A stretch of 64,000 bases of DNA from Octopus vulgaris (GCA_951406725.2 OX597843.1:14818001-14882000); one strand, 5' to 3'; positions 44,585-61,393 are shown, numbered from the stretch's first letter. Notes: generated by a model from the letters alone, not told the origin. Made by a program: numbers and translations.

Positions 44585-44832
44585 ACCGGTCCGGCTGGTG
44601 GCACAAAGCACTCATGGTGGTGCCACATAAAAGCACTCATGGTGGTGCCACGTAAAAGCATTCAGTACACTCTGTAAAGTGGTTGGCATTAAGAAGAGCA
44701 TCCTTCTCTAGATTCCGTACCAAATCAGACTGGAGTCTGGTGCTGCTCTTCAGCTTACCAGCTCTGGTCAAACCGTCTAACCCATGCCAGCACATGGACA
44801 ACAGACGTTAAAGGATGATGATGATGATGATC
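44585..44832 (+). mobile_element. Family D 3' end
   Basis: gccacgtaaaagca..cacatggacaacagacgttaa(GAT)n. Confidence 0.7.
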
Positions 44833-44843
44833 ATACACACATA

Positions 44844-44889
<46 letters not shown>

Positions 44890-44947
44890 CACACACACAC
44901 ACACTCTCTCTCTCTCTCACACACACTCACACTCACACACACACACA

Positions 44948-45054
<107 letters not shown>

Positions 45055-46063
45055 ACACTCACACACACACACACACACACTCTCACACACACACACACAC
45101 ACATGTGTGTGCACATATGTATATATGTTTATTGTGTCTTTCAATCTCCATTCAGAATCATTTAGTTAAAGAAATCGTAAAAGAATGGTTCCAGGCCATT
45201 TCTGAGAAAATTTGGCAGAAGAAAAACTTACTCTCAAAGATGCCATTAATTGGCCAAATTTAATGGCGTTTATTTCGGCCACTTCCACCCTCCCACCCCG
45301 TTTCCTTTTACCATTCCCCTTCTGGCATTCACTTCACAACTCTTCCTTTCACCCTTTCAACACCTCTTCCTACCCTCACTCTCCTGAATTCCTTCTTCCC
45401 TCACACTCACCCTGCTCCCCTCCTGCTTTCCTTAGATTCTTTTCCCTCCTCCACCTCCCCTTCCTACAACTCTACACGTTACTCCAATTTTGCTTTCACT
45501 CTTTCTTCCCCTCCTCTCATTCATCTACCTTTCTCTCCTTTCCTCTCCCCTTTCCAACATCCATCAAAGCCCCATTTTCTTGTATCATTCCTGTTCTGTC
45601 CGTCTCCCTCTATTTCCACTTTCTTTTTCTCTCAGTCAATCTATCTGTCTGTCTGTCTGTCTTTCCCTCCCATCCCCCTCCCCCCGTAATATTTCATTTT
45701 ACAAGAATCCACTTTACAAAACCTTGGGCTTACAAGTTTTACTTTTCAAGTACAAGATCCAAATTTTGACCAAAGTGCAAAAGTTCCTTCTATCATAACA
45801 AATGCTTCTGAGTGTGCCCCAGCATGGCCACAGCCTTCGGGCTAAAACATTTTTAAGGATTTAAGGATAGTGAGCGGAAAAAAGCTTCTTTTAAACAAAC
45901 AACTCTAGACTTGTTTTTTAGAAAAGAGATCCACAAGTCCGTCTATGAGTGCTTGTGAATTGGCGATCGTGTCTACAAGTGATAGTGTGTATGAGTCTAG
46001 TGTGAGTGAAAGTGGTTCAGAAAACAATAATAATAATAATAATAATCATAATAATAATAATAA

Positions 46064-46636
46064 TCATCATCATCATCATCATCATCATCGTTTAACGTCC
46101 GTTTTCCATGCTAGCATGGGTTGGACGTTTCAACTGGGGTATGGGAAGCCGGGAGGCTGCACCAGGCCCAGTCTGATCTGGCAGTGTTTCTACAGCTGGA
46201 TGCCCTTCCTAACGCCAACCACTCCGTGAGTGTAGTGGGTGCTTTTTATGTGCCACCGACACAGGTGCCAGACGAGGCTGGCAAACGGCCACGATCGGAT
46301 GGTGTTTTTTACGTGCCAACGGCATGGGGGCCAGACGAGGCTGGCAATGGCCACAATTGGATGGTGCATTTTACGTGCCACTGGCATGGAGGCTAGTCGG
46401 GGCGATGCTGGCAACAGCCACCTTCGGACGGTTCTCTTACATGCCATCGGCACTGGTATCTCAGCAACAATTTCCATTGATGTTGAAAGATTTCGATTTC
46501 GATTTTGATTTTCACTTGCCTCAACAGGCCTTCACAAGTAGGGTTTGTCACAAGAAGGAACGGTATGCATAAGTGGGCTGGCTTCGTCCGAGGTAGAGGC
46601 CACGGGTTATGGTCTCACTTGTCCTCCAGGGTCTTC
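46064..46636 (-). mobile_element. Family D long copy
   Basis: Reverse complement similar to 13735-14288. Confidence 0.82.
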
Positions 46637-46690
<54 letters not shown>

Positions 46691-46692
<2 letters not shown>

Positions 46693-46909
46693 TTTCTTTT
46701 AAATATTCAGACAAATACATAACAAAAACACCAGGACTTACAAACACATATAACATACAGAAAATTGCACTACTAGGCACTGCACACATCCTACGCAAAA
46801 CACTTTCCATACAATAACCATCAGAGCATCACAACAAATCACAGCACATACCCAAGGCACACAGAGCTGCTAGGTAGTGAAGTGAAAGCACGCTATAAAA
46901 ATAAAACTA

Positions 46910-46912
<3 letters not shown>
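46691..46912 (+). mobile_element. Short 3' end of a Dong/R4-type retrotransposon in (TAA)n
   Basis: PGLTNTYNIQKIALLGTAHILRKTLSIQ* plus 3' UTR, flanked by (TAA)n. Confidence 0.8.
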
Positions 46913-50421
<3,509 letters not shown>

Positions 50422-50461
50422 AATAATAATAATAATAATAATGATAATAATAATAATAATG

Positions 50462-50545
<84 letters not shown>

Positions 50546-50635
50546 ATAATAATAATAATAATAATAATAATGATGATAATAATAGTAATAATAATAATAA
50601 TAATAATAATAGTAGTAGTAGTAGTAGTAGTAGTA

Positions 50636-50680
<45 letters not shown>

Positions 50681-50761
50681 TTAATAATGATAATAATAAT
50701 AATAATGATGATAATAATAGTAATAATAATAATAATAATAATGATGATGATGATGATAATG

Positions 50762-50801
<40 letters not shown>

Positions 50802-50829
50802 CAATAATAATAATAATGATAATGACAAT

Positions 50830-50860
<31 letters not shown>

Positions 50861-50862
50861 TT
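50422..50862. repeat. (TAA)n/(TAG)n array
   Basis: Directly visible. Confidence 0.97.
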
Positions 50863-51061
50863 TTGACTCCTAAATGATCTTGACATTCTTTCTTCTTTAT
50901 ATAAAATATTCTTTACATTCTGCTGTTGTTTTATTGCTATTTATTTACAAGTATTGTGAATTTTATTGGTAAAATATTGCTCTGCTTAAGAGTTTTCATT
51001 GTATGAGTGCATGGTGGGAACAAATTGTCTCATATATCAAGGCATTACCATCTATATATAT

Positions 51062-51092
<31 letters not shown>

Positions 51093-51115
51093 AATATATA
51101 TACATATGAATATAT

Positions 51116-51456
51116 AATTATAATAAAGGGTTATTTGCAACAAGTTGCTTAAACCACATACCGAAAATATTAGAAATAGCAGCCAAATAGGTTACCATTA
51201 CTTATTACTACAAAAATAAGTCTCCACCAACAACAGTATTTGTAACCCGTATATGGTAAAAAAAAATAATTAATCCAAAGTAGACCATGTGATTTCGTTG
51301 TCTTCCTTCTTTTTACCATATATGGGTTACAAATACTGTTGTTGGTGGAGACTTATTTTTGTAGTAATAGTAATGATAACCTATTTGGCTGCTATTTCTA
51401 ATATTTTCAGTATGTGGTTTTGAGCAACTTGTTGCAATTAACCCTTTATTATAATT
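51116..51456. repeat. Inverted repeat with ~147-bp arms
   Basis: 51116-51262 versus 51310-51456. Confidence 0.85.
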
Positions 51457-52020
51457 AATATAATCCTTACCAAATATGGTCTTTTCCATACCGATAAAAC
51501 TACTAGATGAAATTGATTGATTTTATTAAATTAATTATATTTCACCCTTTATATGTATCATATATATATATATATTATATTTATAATATGTGTAGATCGT
51601 ATACGGGTGGGTATATATTTATAAAAAAGAAGTTTGAAAACGCCACTATATAAGATAAATTTAAATTTTCTTAGAAATTTTACATGTTTCAGTTCTTCTT
51701 ATCAAAAATATAAAAAAAAGTTAAGTGTAATAAAAAGTTCATAATTGTTTCTTTCTGGTCTCAACAGAATCCACGTGGTTGTTTTTAGCTGTCTTATGTG
51801 TCCGAATGGTCAGTGGCTGAAATGGCAGTAGCAGCAGTGACTGTTGGTCGTAGTAGTAGTAACCGTGGTGGTGGTTGGGGTTGCAGCAGCTCATTGGTTG
51901 TAGCAGCTTATATAAACAGGAGGTACAAATATTACAGGCACTTCCCCCCCCACACACACATTAACTAAACATAGACACACATGCGCAAATGAAGACACAT
52001 ACAATAGAAATACAAAAAGG

Positions 52021-52227
52021 CTGATGGTTAGTAAGGAGAGACACACAAATAAGAAAGAAGAAAGCAAAGGATCACTGATGAGGTCACAGGAGTGTGACGA
52101 AAGAACTCTGGCCGAAATAAAATTGAGATTAATGTAAAAAATAAATAACGCAGAAGCAAAGTAACCCCAAATACGTGTGTTTTTATTGGCTAAACTGGCA
52201 AAATGACCATTCCGAAATATAACAATA
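52021..52227 (+). mobile_element. Single copy of the 28-kb pLTR family with a hammerhead-like motif (52069-52113)
   Basis: Near-identical to 28173-28380. Confidence 0.8.
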
Positions 52228-52234
52228 GCATTTA

Positions 52235-52515
52235 TTTCCTTTTATACCAAACTTCTTTCTCGAGACACCAGCACACTGTTGAACATGTACATTTACATTA
52301 CACATCCAGCAGTGCATACCAGCTTCATTCCTCTCTAACCTTTGAAAGTCCTTTACATCCAGGGCCCATGTCTCACTTCCACATGGAATTTCTGTCCATG
52401 TACACACCTCATACAATCTTCTTTTCATTCAGGGAAAGAAACCTTTCACAACCCGCAGAGGTAAGAGCTCTTTGAAACTTCACCATCCTATTCTTATTCT
52501 AGCTATTACACTCAC
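52235..52515 (-). pseudogene. RTE RT fragment
   Basis: RLYEVC..GSETWAL..RLERNEAGMHCWMCNV. Confidence 0.75.
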
Positions 52516-52751
52516 TGCACATCCCCCCCCCACACTACTAATTTGGTCCCCAAGGAAGCAGAAATTGGCCACAACCTTTAAGGAACATCTGCGGAATTTG
52601 AGAAAATCAATTTCCTGAGTATCTGTGGTTTTATGGCTCCTCTCCACCTTCCATGTGCAAACTATTTTCTCTTATGTAAATCACATACAAATATACATGC
52701 ATACATACATACAAATGCATACATACATACATACATACATACATACATACA

Positions 52752-53110
52752 TGGTGGCTGCCCCCTCGTTATCGAGTATGGCCATTGCACGAAGCTTAAT
52801 CAATGTTGTTATCGTGCAATACCTGTGCAAGAAGATTTTTTTAAAGTGAGGAAAGGCTGTGCACTAAGTCAATCCCACTCACTAAGCAACAGCAGCCATA
52901 ATCCGAAAAGAAGAACAAGTCAACATCATCGGTAACCACTGAGCCGCAGGTTTTATGTAGGAGTTATCCCAGTTACCTGAGTTACCTTCTCCTAGAAGGA
53001 CGCACTAACAAAGGCTAGGAGTCCTTCACTCCCAATGGTTTAACCACATGATCAGGTATTCAGTCCGATTATTTCTATATCCCTGCGCATGATACAGCCT
53101 TAAGACATTT
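52752..53110 (-). mobile_element. Probable non-autonomous RTE-related element
   Basis: ttaccttctcctaga..aaggctag motif resembles RTE 5' UTRs; the left end resembles the RTE tail at ~20260 (recognised from memory). Confidence 0.4.
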
Positions 53111-53176
53111 ATTGGATGGCTGTTCACTCTCAAGAGTGCATATATAAAAATACATGTTTATATGTGTATATATATA

Positions 53177-53345
53177 ACGGGAAGCTTTATGAAAATAAAC
53201 AAAAGACGAAGGCAGGTAGAATATAAACAAACAATTGTATTAGTATGGCGCTCAGGAATATAAATAAAACAAGTCTTTTACGTTTCGAGCCTATGCTCTT
53301 CAATAGAAAGATACACAGAAAAGAAACACGCAGAGAAACAAGGAG
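53177..53345 (-). mobile_element. Repeat family G (probable pLTR) with a variant hammerhead-like motif
   Basis: Second copy at 61135-61300. Confidence 0.65.
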
Positions 53346-53488
53346 AGAAAAAAAAAAGAGAGAAAAAAAATGCGTGCAGAAGCTAGCGAATCAACATGGC
53401 GAATCAATATATATATAAAATTCAGGGTGAATACTTGATAACTGTAAGCACCTGTATATGCCAGTTAGTGGTGTAGGTGATAGGGTAT

Positions 53489-53700
53489 ATTTATCAAAAG
53501 AAAAACAGGATGCAAAGGATTTAGTGGTACATATGTTTCTGGCTTTATTGGACAGTTTATATCACTGCATAATTGATGTAACATGTATGTCAATAGCCTT
53601 CCTCAGCCGCACACAATTACCACACCAAGGACATGTATTACATTATAAGTTTGGGAAAAAGACGAATTTCGTTGGGGATGCAAATCCTCATAGTCATATA
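53489..53700 (-). mobile_element. Repeat family F second copy, hammerhead at 53524-53610
   Basis: gcgg-CTGAGGA-aGGC..GCCa-GAAA-CATATG-TA-ccac. Confidence 0.75.
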
Positions 53701-54249
53701 CAGCAGAGCGAGACACCAAAACAAAAACAAAGCATCCATACTGTTTTATATACACATTCATACATAGATATATATATAAATACATACACACACACACAAA
53801 CATATGTATGTATATTACTTCTTATTATAGCAAAACCTTTATAACCTTAATGTTAAGACACAGCTCGTTTACATACGCCTAATTAATGCAAACAGCAACT
53901 TTCCACGAGGCCAAAGTCTGGCAACAGTCACATGCAGTCAAAGTTCAAATAATTCTTTTTGGGAATTCCTTCTGTTAAGCGTTTATTTAACTAATTCTTG
54001 TGACAGTTAATTGTAGAGGAAGCAGTCGCAAAACTATTGTTTAGTTTTTCTGCTTGCTCTGGAATCTGATTATGTTTTTTCCTCGGAGACGGTCAGTGTT
54101 TACATTGGGAAAAATGGAAACACAGAGACGACATAACAACATTTATAATGATTTATGTATGTGATGTTTGTGCATGTGTGTGTGTGTGTGTGTGTGTGTG
54201 TGAGTAGATTTTATGGAAATCATTATTCTTCTCATGTAACATCCGTGTA

Positions 54250-54795
54250 TCATGCTGGCATGGGTTGGATGGTTTGACAACTACCCCATGAGCTCAAGAA
54301 CTGCTTTATGTTCCACTGTCTGCTTTGGCATGGGTTTTGCAGTCGGACACCCTTCCTAACACTAACCACTTTACAACCAATGTCTATGTGTATGTATGTA
54401 TAAATATTTTTCCCTCTCTCCATCTCTTTTTTTTTCCTCCTCATTTCTTTACTTGGAAGAGGATGTGTGGCGTTCAATCATATAATAATATAAATAATAT
54501 ATAAGCACCCTCCGATCGTGGCCGTTGCCAGCCTCGTCTGGCCCCCGTGCCGGTGGCACGTAAAAAGCCCCAATCCAATCATGGCTGTTGCCAGCCTCAT
54601 CTGACACCTGTGCTGGTGGCACGTAAAAAGCACCCACTACACTCATGGAGTGGTTGGCGTTAGGAAGGGCATCCAGCTGTAGAAACACTGCCAGATCAGA
54701 CTGGGCCTGGTGCAGCCTCCTGGCTTCCCAGACTCCAGTCGAACCGTCCAACCCATGCTAGCATGGAGAGCGGACGCTAAACGATGATGATGATG
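54250..54795. mobile_element. Two family D fragments (54250-54380 minus, 54503-54795 plus)
   Basis: Family D motifs and (GAT)n tail. Confidence 0.8.
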
Positions 54796-55005
54796 CATGC
54801 ATATATACACACGTATATTTAGTCTCCTGTCCCAGCTTGATTTATGCGTTCACCACCACAACCTCGTTTAGGCTTAGCAGCCCTTCCTGTTTTGTTTTCA
54901 CTGTCCTGTTTGTGTTACCTATTTTGACCCTCTGCAAAATCCCAAATTTTATTTAATTTGCTTCGTGGGAGCAACTGTTTTATATATATGTAGGTATGTC
55001 TGTAG

Positions 55006-55325
55006 AGGGCGCGTGGCTTAGTGGTTAGGGCATTCGGCTCATGATCGTAAGGTTGTGAGTTTGATTCCCGGCGACGCGTTGTGTCCTTGAGCAAGACACT
55101 TTATTTCACGTTGCTCCAGTCCACTCAGCTGGCAAAAATGAGTTGTACTTGTATTTCAAAGGGTCAGCCTTGTCACTCTCTGTGTCACGCTGATTATCCC
55201 CGAGAACTACGTTAAGGGTACACGTGTCTGTGGAATGCTCAGCCATTTGCACGTTAATTTCACGAGCAAGCTGTTCCGTTGATCGTATCAGCTGGGACCC
55301 TCGTCGTCGTAACCGGCGGAGTCTT
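55006..55325 (+). mobile_element. SINE with family C head and family B tail
   Basis: gtggcttagtggttagg..ccttgagcaagacact head; gtatttcaaagggtcagccttgtcactctctgtgtcacgctg..gtcgtaacc tail. Confidence 0.85.
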
Positions 55326-55384
55326 TTTTTTAATGTAGGTATGTAAATGTCGAATGATGAAATGATGTGTAAAACATTGGTGGA

Positions 55385-55706
55385 TATATAATTTCTTTAT
55401 TTGTGAAATAAGGCTACCATTGTTTTCATGTTTAGAAAAGTAAGAAAATATCCTAGTGCCTGGTGTCTTAACAATATTTCAAGTCGATCACATGAAGAAA
55501 GGTGTTCACTTCCATTTTGGGAAACAGTCTTACTTCACAAGATTCCTTGTAAATTTGCGTTGAATGAAGTGAGACTGTTTTCCAAAACGGAGCTGAACTT
55601 TCCATGTGGTCGGTTTGAAAAATTGCTAAGACACTTGAGTATTTTCCTACTTTTCTTAACATGAAACCAATAACAGTCTTAATTCACAAATAAAGAAATT
55701 ATATAT
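55385..55706. mobile_element. Hairpin MITE-like element in a TA context
   Basis: tataatttctttatttgtgaa / ttcacaaataaagaaattata termini; arms remain imperfectly inverted to the centre. Confidence 0.7.
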
Positions 55707-55727
55707 ATATAGGTATTTATATTTGCA

Positions 55728-55780
<53 letters not shown>

Positions 55781-56109
55781 TAGTGTCTCCTTGCCTTCAT
55801 ATTTCCTGATAGTCACAAATGAGAGTCACTGTTGTACAAGCAGTTTCTTTCATTTCCAATCTTCCACAAAAACATGTCTGGTTATGGGGAAATGTTACCT
55901 TGGTAGGATACAGGTGAGGGTTAGTGACAGGAAGGACATCCAGCCATCGAAAACCCACCTTGATCAATTCTGTTTAACTCATGCATGTGTGGAACAATAA
56001 ACAGTAAAGTGATATGTCTAAGCACACACACACACACACACATACATAATATATACATGTGTGTGTGTATATATGTATATGTGTGTATGCATATATATAT
56101 ATATACATG

Positions 56110-56813
56110 TCCATGTACATGAGAATTGTACCAAATATCAATGGAAACAGTTGTAGTTGTGATACCTGTGCCGGTGAACCACCGCCTCAAATGGCTTCTG
56201 TGCCGGTGGCACACACCAACCAATCGTGGGATCCCGGAACATCTCGCTGTGCTGGAGGAGACCTGGTGAGTCAAGTGCATGTACCGGAACATCTCGCTGT
56301 GCTCGAGGAGACCTGTTGAGTCAAGTGCATGTACATGAGAATCGAACCAAATATCAATGGAAACAGTAGTAGTTGTGATACCTGTGCCGGTGACACATAA
56401 AAAGCACCATCCGAACGTGGCCGTTGCCAGTGCAGCCTCCACTGGCTTCTGTGCTGGTGGCACATAAAAAGCTCCATCCAAACGTGACCGATGCCAACCC
56501 CGCCAGCACCATCCGAACGTGGCCGATGCCAGCACCGCCTAGACTGGCTTCTGTGCCGGTAGCACTAAAAAAAGCACCAACCGATCATGGCCGATGCCAG
56601 ACCCCTCTGGCACCTGTGCAGGTGGCACGTAAAAAGCACCCACTACACTCGCGGAGTGGTTGGCGTTAGGAAGGGCATCCAGCTGTAGAAACACTGCCAG
56701 ACCAGACTGGAGCCTGGGGCAGCCCCTGGCTCCCCAGACCCCGGTCGAACCGTCCAACCCGTGCTAGCGCGGAAAACGGACGTTAAACGATGATGATGAT
56801 GATGATGATGATG
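56110..56813 (+). mobile_element. Family D copy with internal duplications
   Basis: Duplicated aatatcaatggaaacagt..gatacctgtgccggtga and ctgtgct.gaggagacc segments; (GAT)n tail. Confidence 0.8.
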
Positions 56814-56828
56814 ATATATATATATATG

Positions 56829-56859
<31 letters not shown>

Positions 56860-56972
56860 TGCAATGGTCCTTCAGTTTTTCTAAGCCCTGTAAAGGAACT
56901 TGGAAGATTAGGGTCCCAACCGGGCCTTTCCTGATACCCTTAAAGTCAGGAACTTCTCAGCATTCCCTTGTA
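56860..56972. mobile_element. Mariner-like terminal fragment followed by (TATG)n
   Basis: aagtcaggaacttctcagcattcccttg|TA; second copy at 59228-59341. Confidence 0.65.
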
Positions 56973-57258
56973 TATGTATGTATGTATGTATGTATGTATG
57001 CATGCATGGATGTATGTATGTATGCATGTATGTATGTGTGTATATATGTATGTATGTATTATGTATGTACGTATGCATGAATGTATGTATGCATGCATGG
57101 ATGTATGTATGTATGCATGTATGTATGTGTGTACATATGTATGTATGTATTATGTATGTATGGATGTATGAATCTATGTACGTATGTATGTATTTATGTA
57201 TGTATGTATGTATGTATGTATGTATGTAGGTATGTATGTATGTATGTATATACACACA

Positions 57259-57310
<52 letters not shown>

Positions 57311-57312
57311 AT

Positions 57313-57363
<51 letters not shown>

Positions 57364-57415
57364 TGGAAAAAAAGTCAAGATAGAAAATGCTGAAATAATT
57401 TTATAAAAAACATTT

Positions 57416-57451
57416 CAGTACCGGTTTCAGTCATTGAGACCTTTTCAACTG
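57416..57451 (-). ncRNA. Minimal hammerhead ribozyme, U3-A8 core variant
   Basis: CAG-TTGAAAA-GGTC-tcaat-GACT-GAAA-CCGG-TA-CTG. Confidence 0.7.
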
Positions 57452-57617
57452 TAACAATTAAACAATTAAATTTAGAAAAATTAAAAGAAAAGTTTTTTTA
57501 AAAGAATATTTGCAGTGTTCAAATACAAGTGGCATTTTCCTTGTTTCTGCCTTTCTCTGTCTCTCTTGTTTACTCTTGTGGGTTCGAGGTCATTATATAT
57601 ATATATATATGTGTGTG

Positions 57618-57926
57618 GAGGCGCAATGGCCCTGTGGTTAGGGCAGCAGACTTGTGGTTGTAAGATCCCGGTTTTGATTCCCAGACAGGGCCTTGTGAGT
57701 GTTTATTGAGCGAAAACACCTAAAGCTCCATGAGGCTCCAGCAGGGGGTGGTGGCGACCCCTGCTGTACTCTTTCGCCACAACTTTCTCTCACTCTTTCT
57801 TCTGTTGGCCTGCTCGCTTAGCCAGCGGGGTGGCTTCATTCGAAGGCTAAAACAATGCAAAGCGCATTGTGACCAGCGATGTGTAGCAACATCTGATAGC
57901 CTGGTCGGTCATGGTGATCACGGTGA
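57618..57926 (+). mobile_element. SINE with family B head and a third tail type
   Basis: Head matches 16390-16575; tail matches the reverse complement of 6990-7108. Confidence 0.85.
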
Positions 57927-58019
57927 TATATATATATATATATGTATATGTGTGTGTCTGTGTGTGTATACATATATATGTGTGTGTGTGTGTTGTGTAA
58001 CCATGTAAGCACACACATG

Positions 58020-58253
58020 CTTTTCCAGTTCTGTTTTTTAAATTCTTCTCTGAAGAAGATTTAGAAGTAAACCTGGAAGAATTCTTCACCAACCAAAGAC
58101 AGGAAATTCTTGGAGCAGGGTAAATTGGATCAGAAGATACTGGAACAAAATCCCAATTTCATCATTGGTTGAATAAACAGCTTTGTACTCAAAACTTGTC
58201 TCTTAGAATTGCTTAAAAAAACCCCGAATGGACTTTTTGGCTATTTCCAATAT
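58020..58253 (+). pseudogene. Degenerate mariner C-terminus and right TIR
   Basis: FSEEDLEVNLEEFF-like end; gactttttggctatttccaata terminus. Confidence 0.45.
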
Positions 58254-58539
58254 TTCAAGATTATTTTCTATACTACTTTTTATTTCAGTAATTTATTTGG
58301 ATTTATTAAGAAATATTCTGAAATATTCTGCAGATTGATCTCAATATTAATTAATTGTGTGAAATAAATACAATATCAATATAAGAATCAATATGGAAGA
58401 TGGAATGTTCTATTTAAAGTCAATGGAGAAATCAGATATTTCTCCCACACTGATTCCTGTAATTAAATTATTATTATTAAAAAACTTACTCAGCTGAATC
58501 AGGAAATCTGATTCTATATTGTAAATATAATTTTACTTA

Positions 58540-58812
58540 ATTAAGGTAACAAATTGGCCAAGTCATTAGGGCATTAGACACAATGCCCTGCTGTGTTCTG
58601 AGTTCAAATCTTGCCAAGGTCAAATTTGCCTTTTTGGAGTCAATAAAATAAAATACCAATCCAGGGCTGCTAGATGGCAGCACTGTTATAGTGTTCAATG
58701 AGATGCTTTACACTATCTCAGCGTCTGCTCCAGCCCTTGCATTGTAAGTTCAAATCCTGCCAAAGTCAACTTTTCCTTACTTTTTTACAGGGTCAATATA
58801 ATAAAATACCAT
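58540..58812 (+). mobile_element. Two degenerate SINE family I copies
   Basis: gttcaaatc.tgccaa.gtcaa..ttt.cctt..gtcaata.aataaaatacca twice. Confidence 0.6.
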
Positions 58813-58814
58813 GA

Positions 58815-59150
58815 AGGCACATGGCTCAGTGGTTAGAGGATTGGGCTCACGACTATGAGGTAGTCAGTTCAATTCCGAGACGGGGCTGTGTGTTGCGTTC
58901 TTGAGCAGGACACTCTACTTCACGTTGCTCCAATTCCCTCATCTGAGGAAATGTGTTGTGATATCGCTGGTGCCAAGCTGTATTGGCCCCTTTGCCTTTC
59001 CCTTGGATAACACTGGTGGCATGGAGAGGGGAGGATGGTATGCATGGGCGACTGCTGGCCTTCCATAAACAACCTTGCCTGGACTTGTACCTTGGTGGAG
59101 AACTTTCTAGGTGCAATCCCATGGTCAGTCATGGCTGAAGGAGATCTTTG
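58815..59150 (+). mobile_element. SINE with family C head and another tail
   Basis: TGGCTCAGTGG, GTTCAATTCC, cttgagcaggacact..cacgttgctcca. Confidence 0.78.
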
Positions 59151-59341
59151 CTCTTTTATATAAGAGAAAATACAGGATGGTCAGTTAATTATCATTTTAT
59201 TCAACATAATATGGACTCAAACACTTATTGCAGCGGTCCTTCAGTTTTTCTAAGCCCTGTAAAAGAACTTGGAAGGTTGGGGTCCCAGCCAGTCCTTTTG
59301 CAATCCCCTTAAAGTCAGGAACTTCTCAGCATTCCCTTGTA

Positions 59342-59413
59342 TATGTATGTATGTATGAATGTATGTATGAATGTATGTATGTATGTATGTATGTATGTAT
59401 GTATGTATGTATG

Positions 59414-59445
<32 letters not shown>

Positions 59446-60148
59446 TATGTATGTATGAATGTATGTATGAATGTATGTATGAATGTATGTATGTATGTAT
59501 GTATGTATATATGCGTGTGTGTATGTATGCATGTATGTATGTATGTATGTATGCATATATGTATGTATGTATGTATGCGTGTGTGTATGTATGCATGTAT
59601 GAATGTATGTATGTATGTATGTATGTATGAATGTATGTATGTATGAATGTATGTGTGTACGTACGTATGTATGTACGTACGTATGTATGTATGTATGTAT
59701 GTGTGTATGTATGTATGTATGTATGTATGTATGTATGTATGTATGTGTGTATGTATGTATGTATGTATGTATGTATGTATGTATGTATGTATGTATGTAT
59801 GTGTGTATGTATGTATGTGTGTATGTATGTATGTATGTATGTATATATGTATGTATATATATGTATGTATGTATGTATGGATGTATGTATGTATGTATGC
59901 ATGTATGAATGTATGTATGTATGTATGTGTGTATGTATGTATGTGTGTATGTATGTATGTATGTATGTATGTATGTATATATGTATGTATATATATGTAT
60001 GTATGTATGTATGGATGTATGTATGTATTTATGTATGTATGTATGTGTGTATGTATGTATGTGTGTATGTATGAATGTATGTATGTATGTAAGTATGTAT
60101 GTATATATATGTATGAATGTATGGATGTATGATGTATATATGTATGTA

Positions 60149-60205
<57 letters not shown>

Positions 60206-60464
60206 GTATGTATGTATGTAAGTATGTATGTATGTATGTATGTATGTATGTATGAATGTATGTATGTATGTATGTGTGTATGTATGTATGTGTGTATGTA
60301 TGTATGTATGTATGTATATATGTATGTATATATATGTATGTATGTATGTATGGATGTATGTATGTATGTATGTATGTATGTATGTATGTATGTATGTATG
60401 TATGTGTGTATGTATGTATGTGTGTATGTATGTATGTATGTATGTATGTATGTATATATGTATG

Positions 60465-60500
<36 letters not shown>

Positions 60501-60625
60501 TGTATTTATGTATGTATGTATGTGTGTATGTATGTATGTGTGTATGTATGAATGTATGTATGTATGTAAGTATGTATGTATATATATGTATGAATGTATG
60601 GATGTATGATGTATATATGTATGTA

Positions 60626-60682
<57 letters not shown>

Positions 60683-60780
60683 GTATGTATGTATGTATGT
60701 ATGTATGTATGTATGTATGTATGTATGTATGAATGTATGTATGTATATATGTATGTATGAATGTATGTATGTATATGTGT
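59342..60780. repeat. (TATG)n array with a higher-order duplication
   Basis: Directly visible. Confidence 0.97.
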
Positions 60781-60789
60781 ATAGTTTTG

Positions 60790-60972
60790 CATAACAGCTT
60801 GACAACTGGTGTTGGTTTGTTTACATCCCTGAAATTTAGGAGTTCAGCAAAAGCAACCGGTAGAATGAGTATATGGTTTTAAAAAAAGGACTGGGGTTGT
60901 TTTGTCTGACTAAAACTGATCAAGGCTATGCTCCAGCATGGCCACGGTTGAATGACTGAAACAAGTAAAAGA
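60790..60972 (+). mobile_element. SINE family A 3' half
   Basis: cttgacaac..ctccagcatggccac..atgactgaaacaagtaaaaga. Confidence 0.75.
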
Positions 60973-61291
60973 TGAAACGATTTATATATCTACACACATA
61001 TACAAAGAGGGATAGAGAAATAGATAGACAGAGAGAAAGAGAGAGAGAGAGAGAGAATGAGGGAGATTGAGGGAGAATGAGAAGGAAATAGAGATGGGCT
61101 GACAGATAAATAGGCATGTATGTATATATATGGGGGGAGGTTTACGAAAATAAACAAAAGACGAAGGCAGGTGGAGTACAAACAAACAATTGTATTAGTA
61201 TGGAGCTCAGGAATAGAAATAGAACAAGTCTTTTACATTTTGAGCCTACGCTCTTCAACAGAAAGATACACAGAGAAGAAACAAGGAGAGA

Positions 61292-61359
<68 letters not shown>

Positions 61360-61393
61360 GTGTGTATTTATGTATATATATATATATACATAC

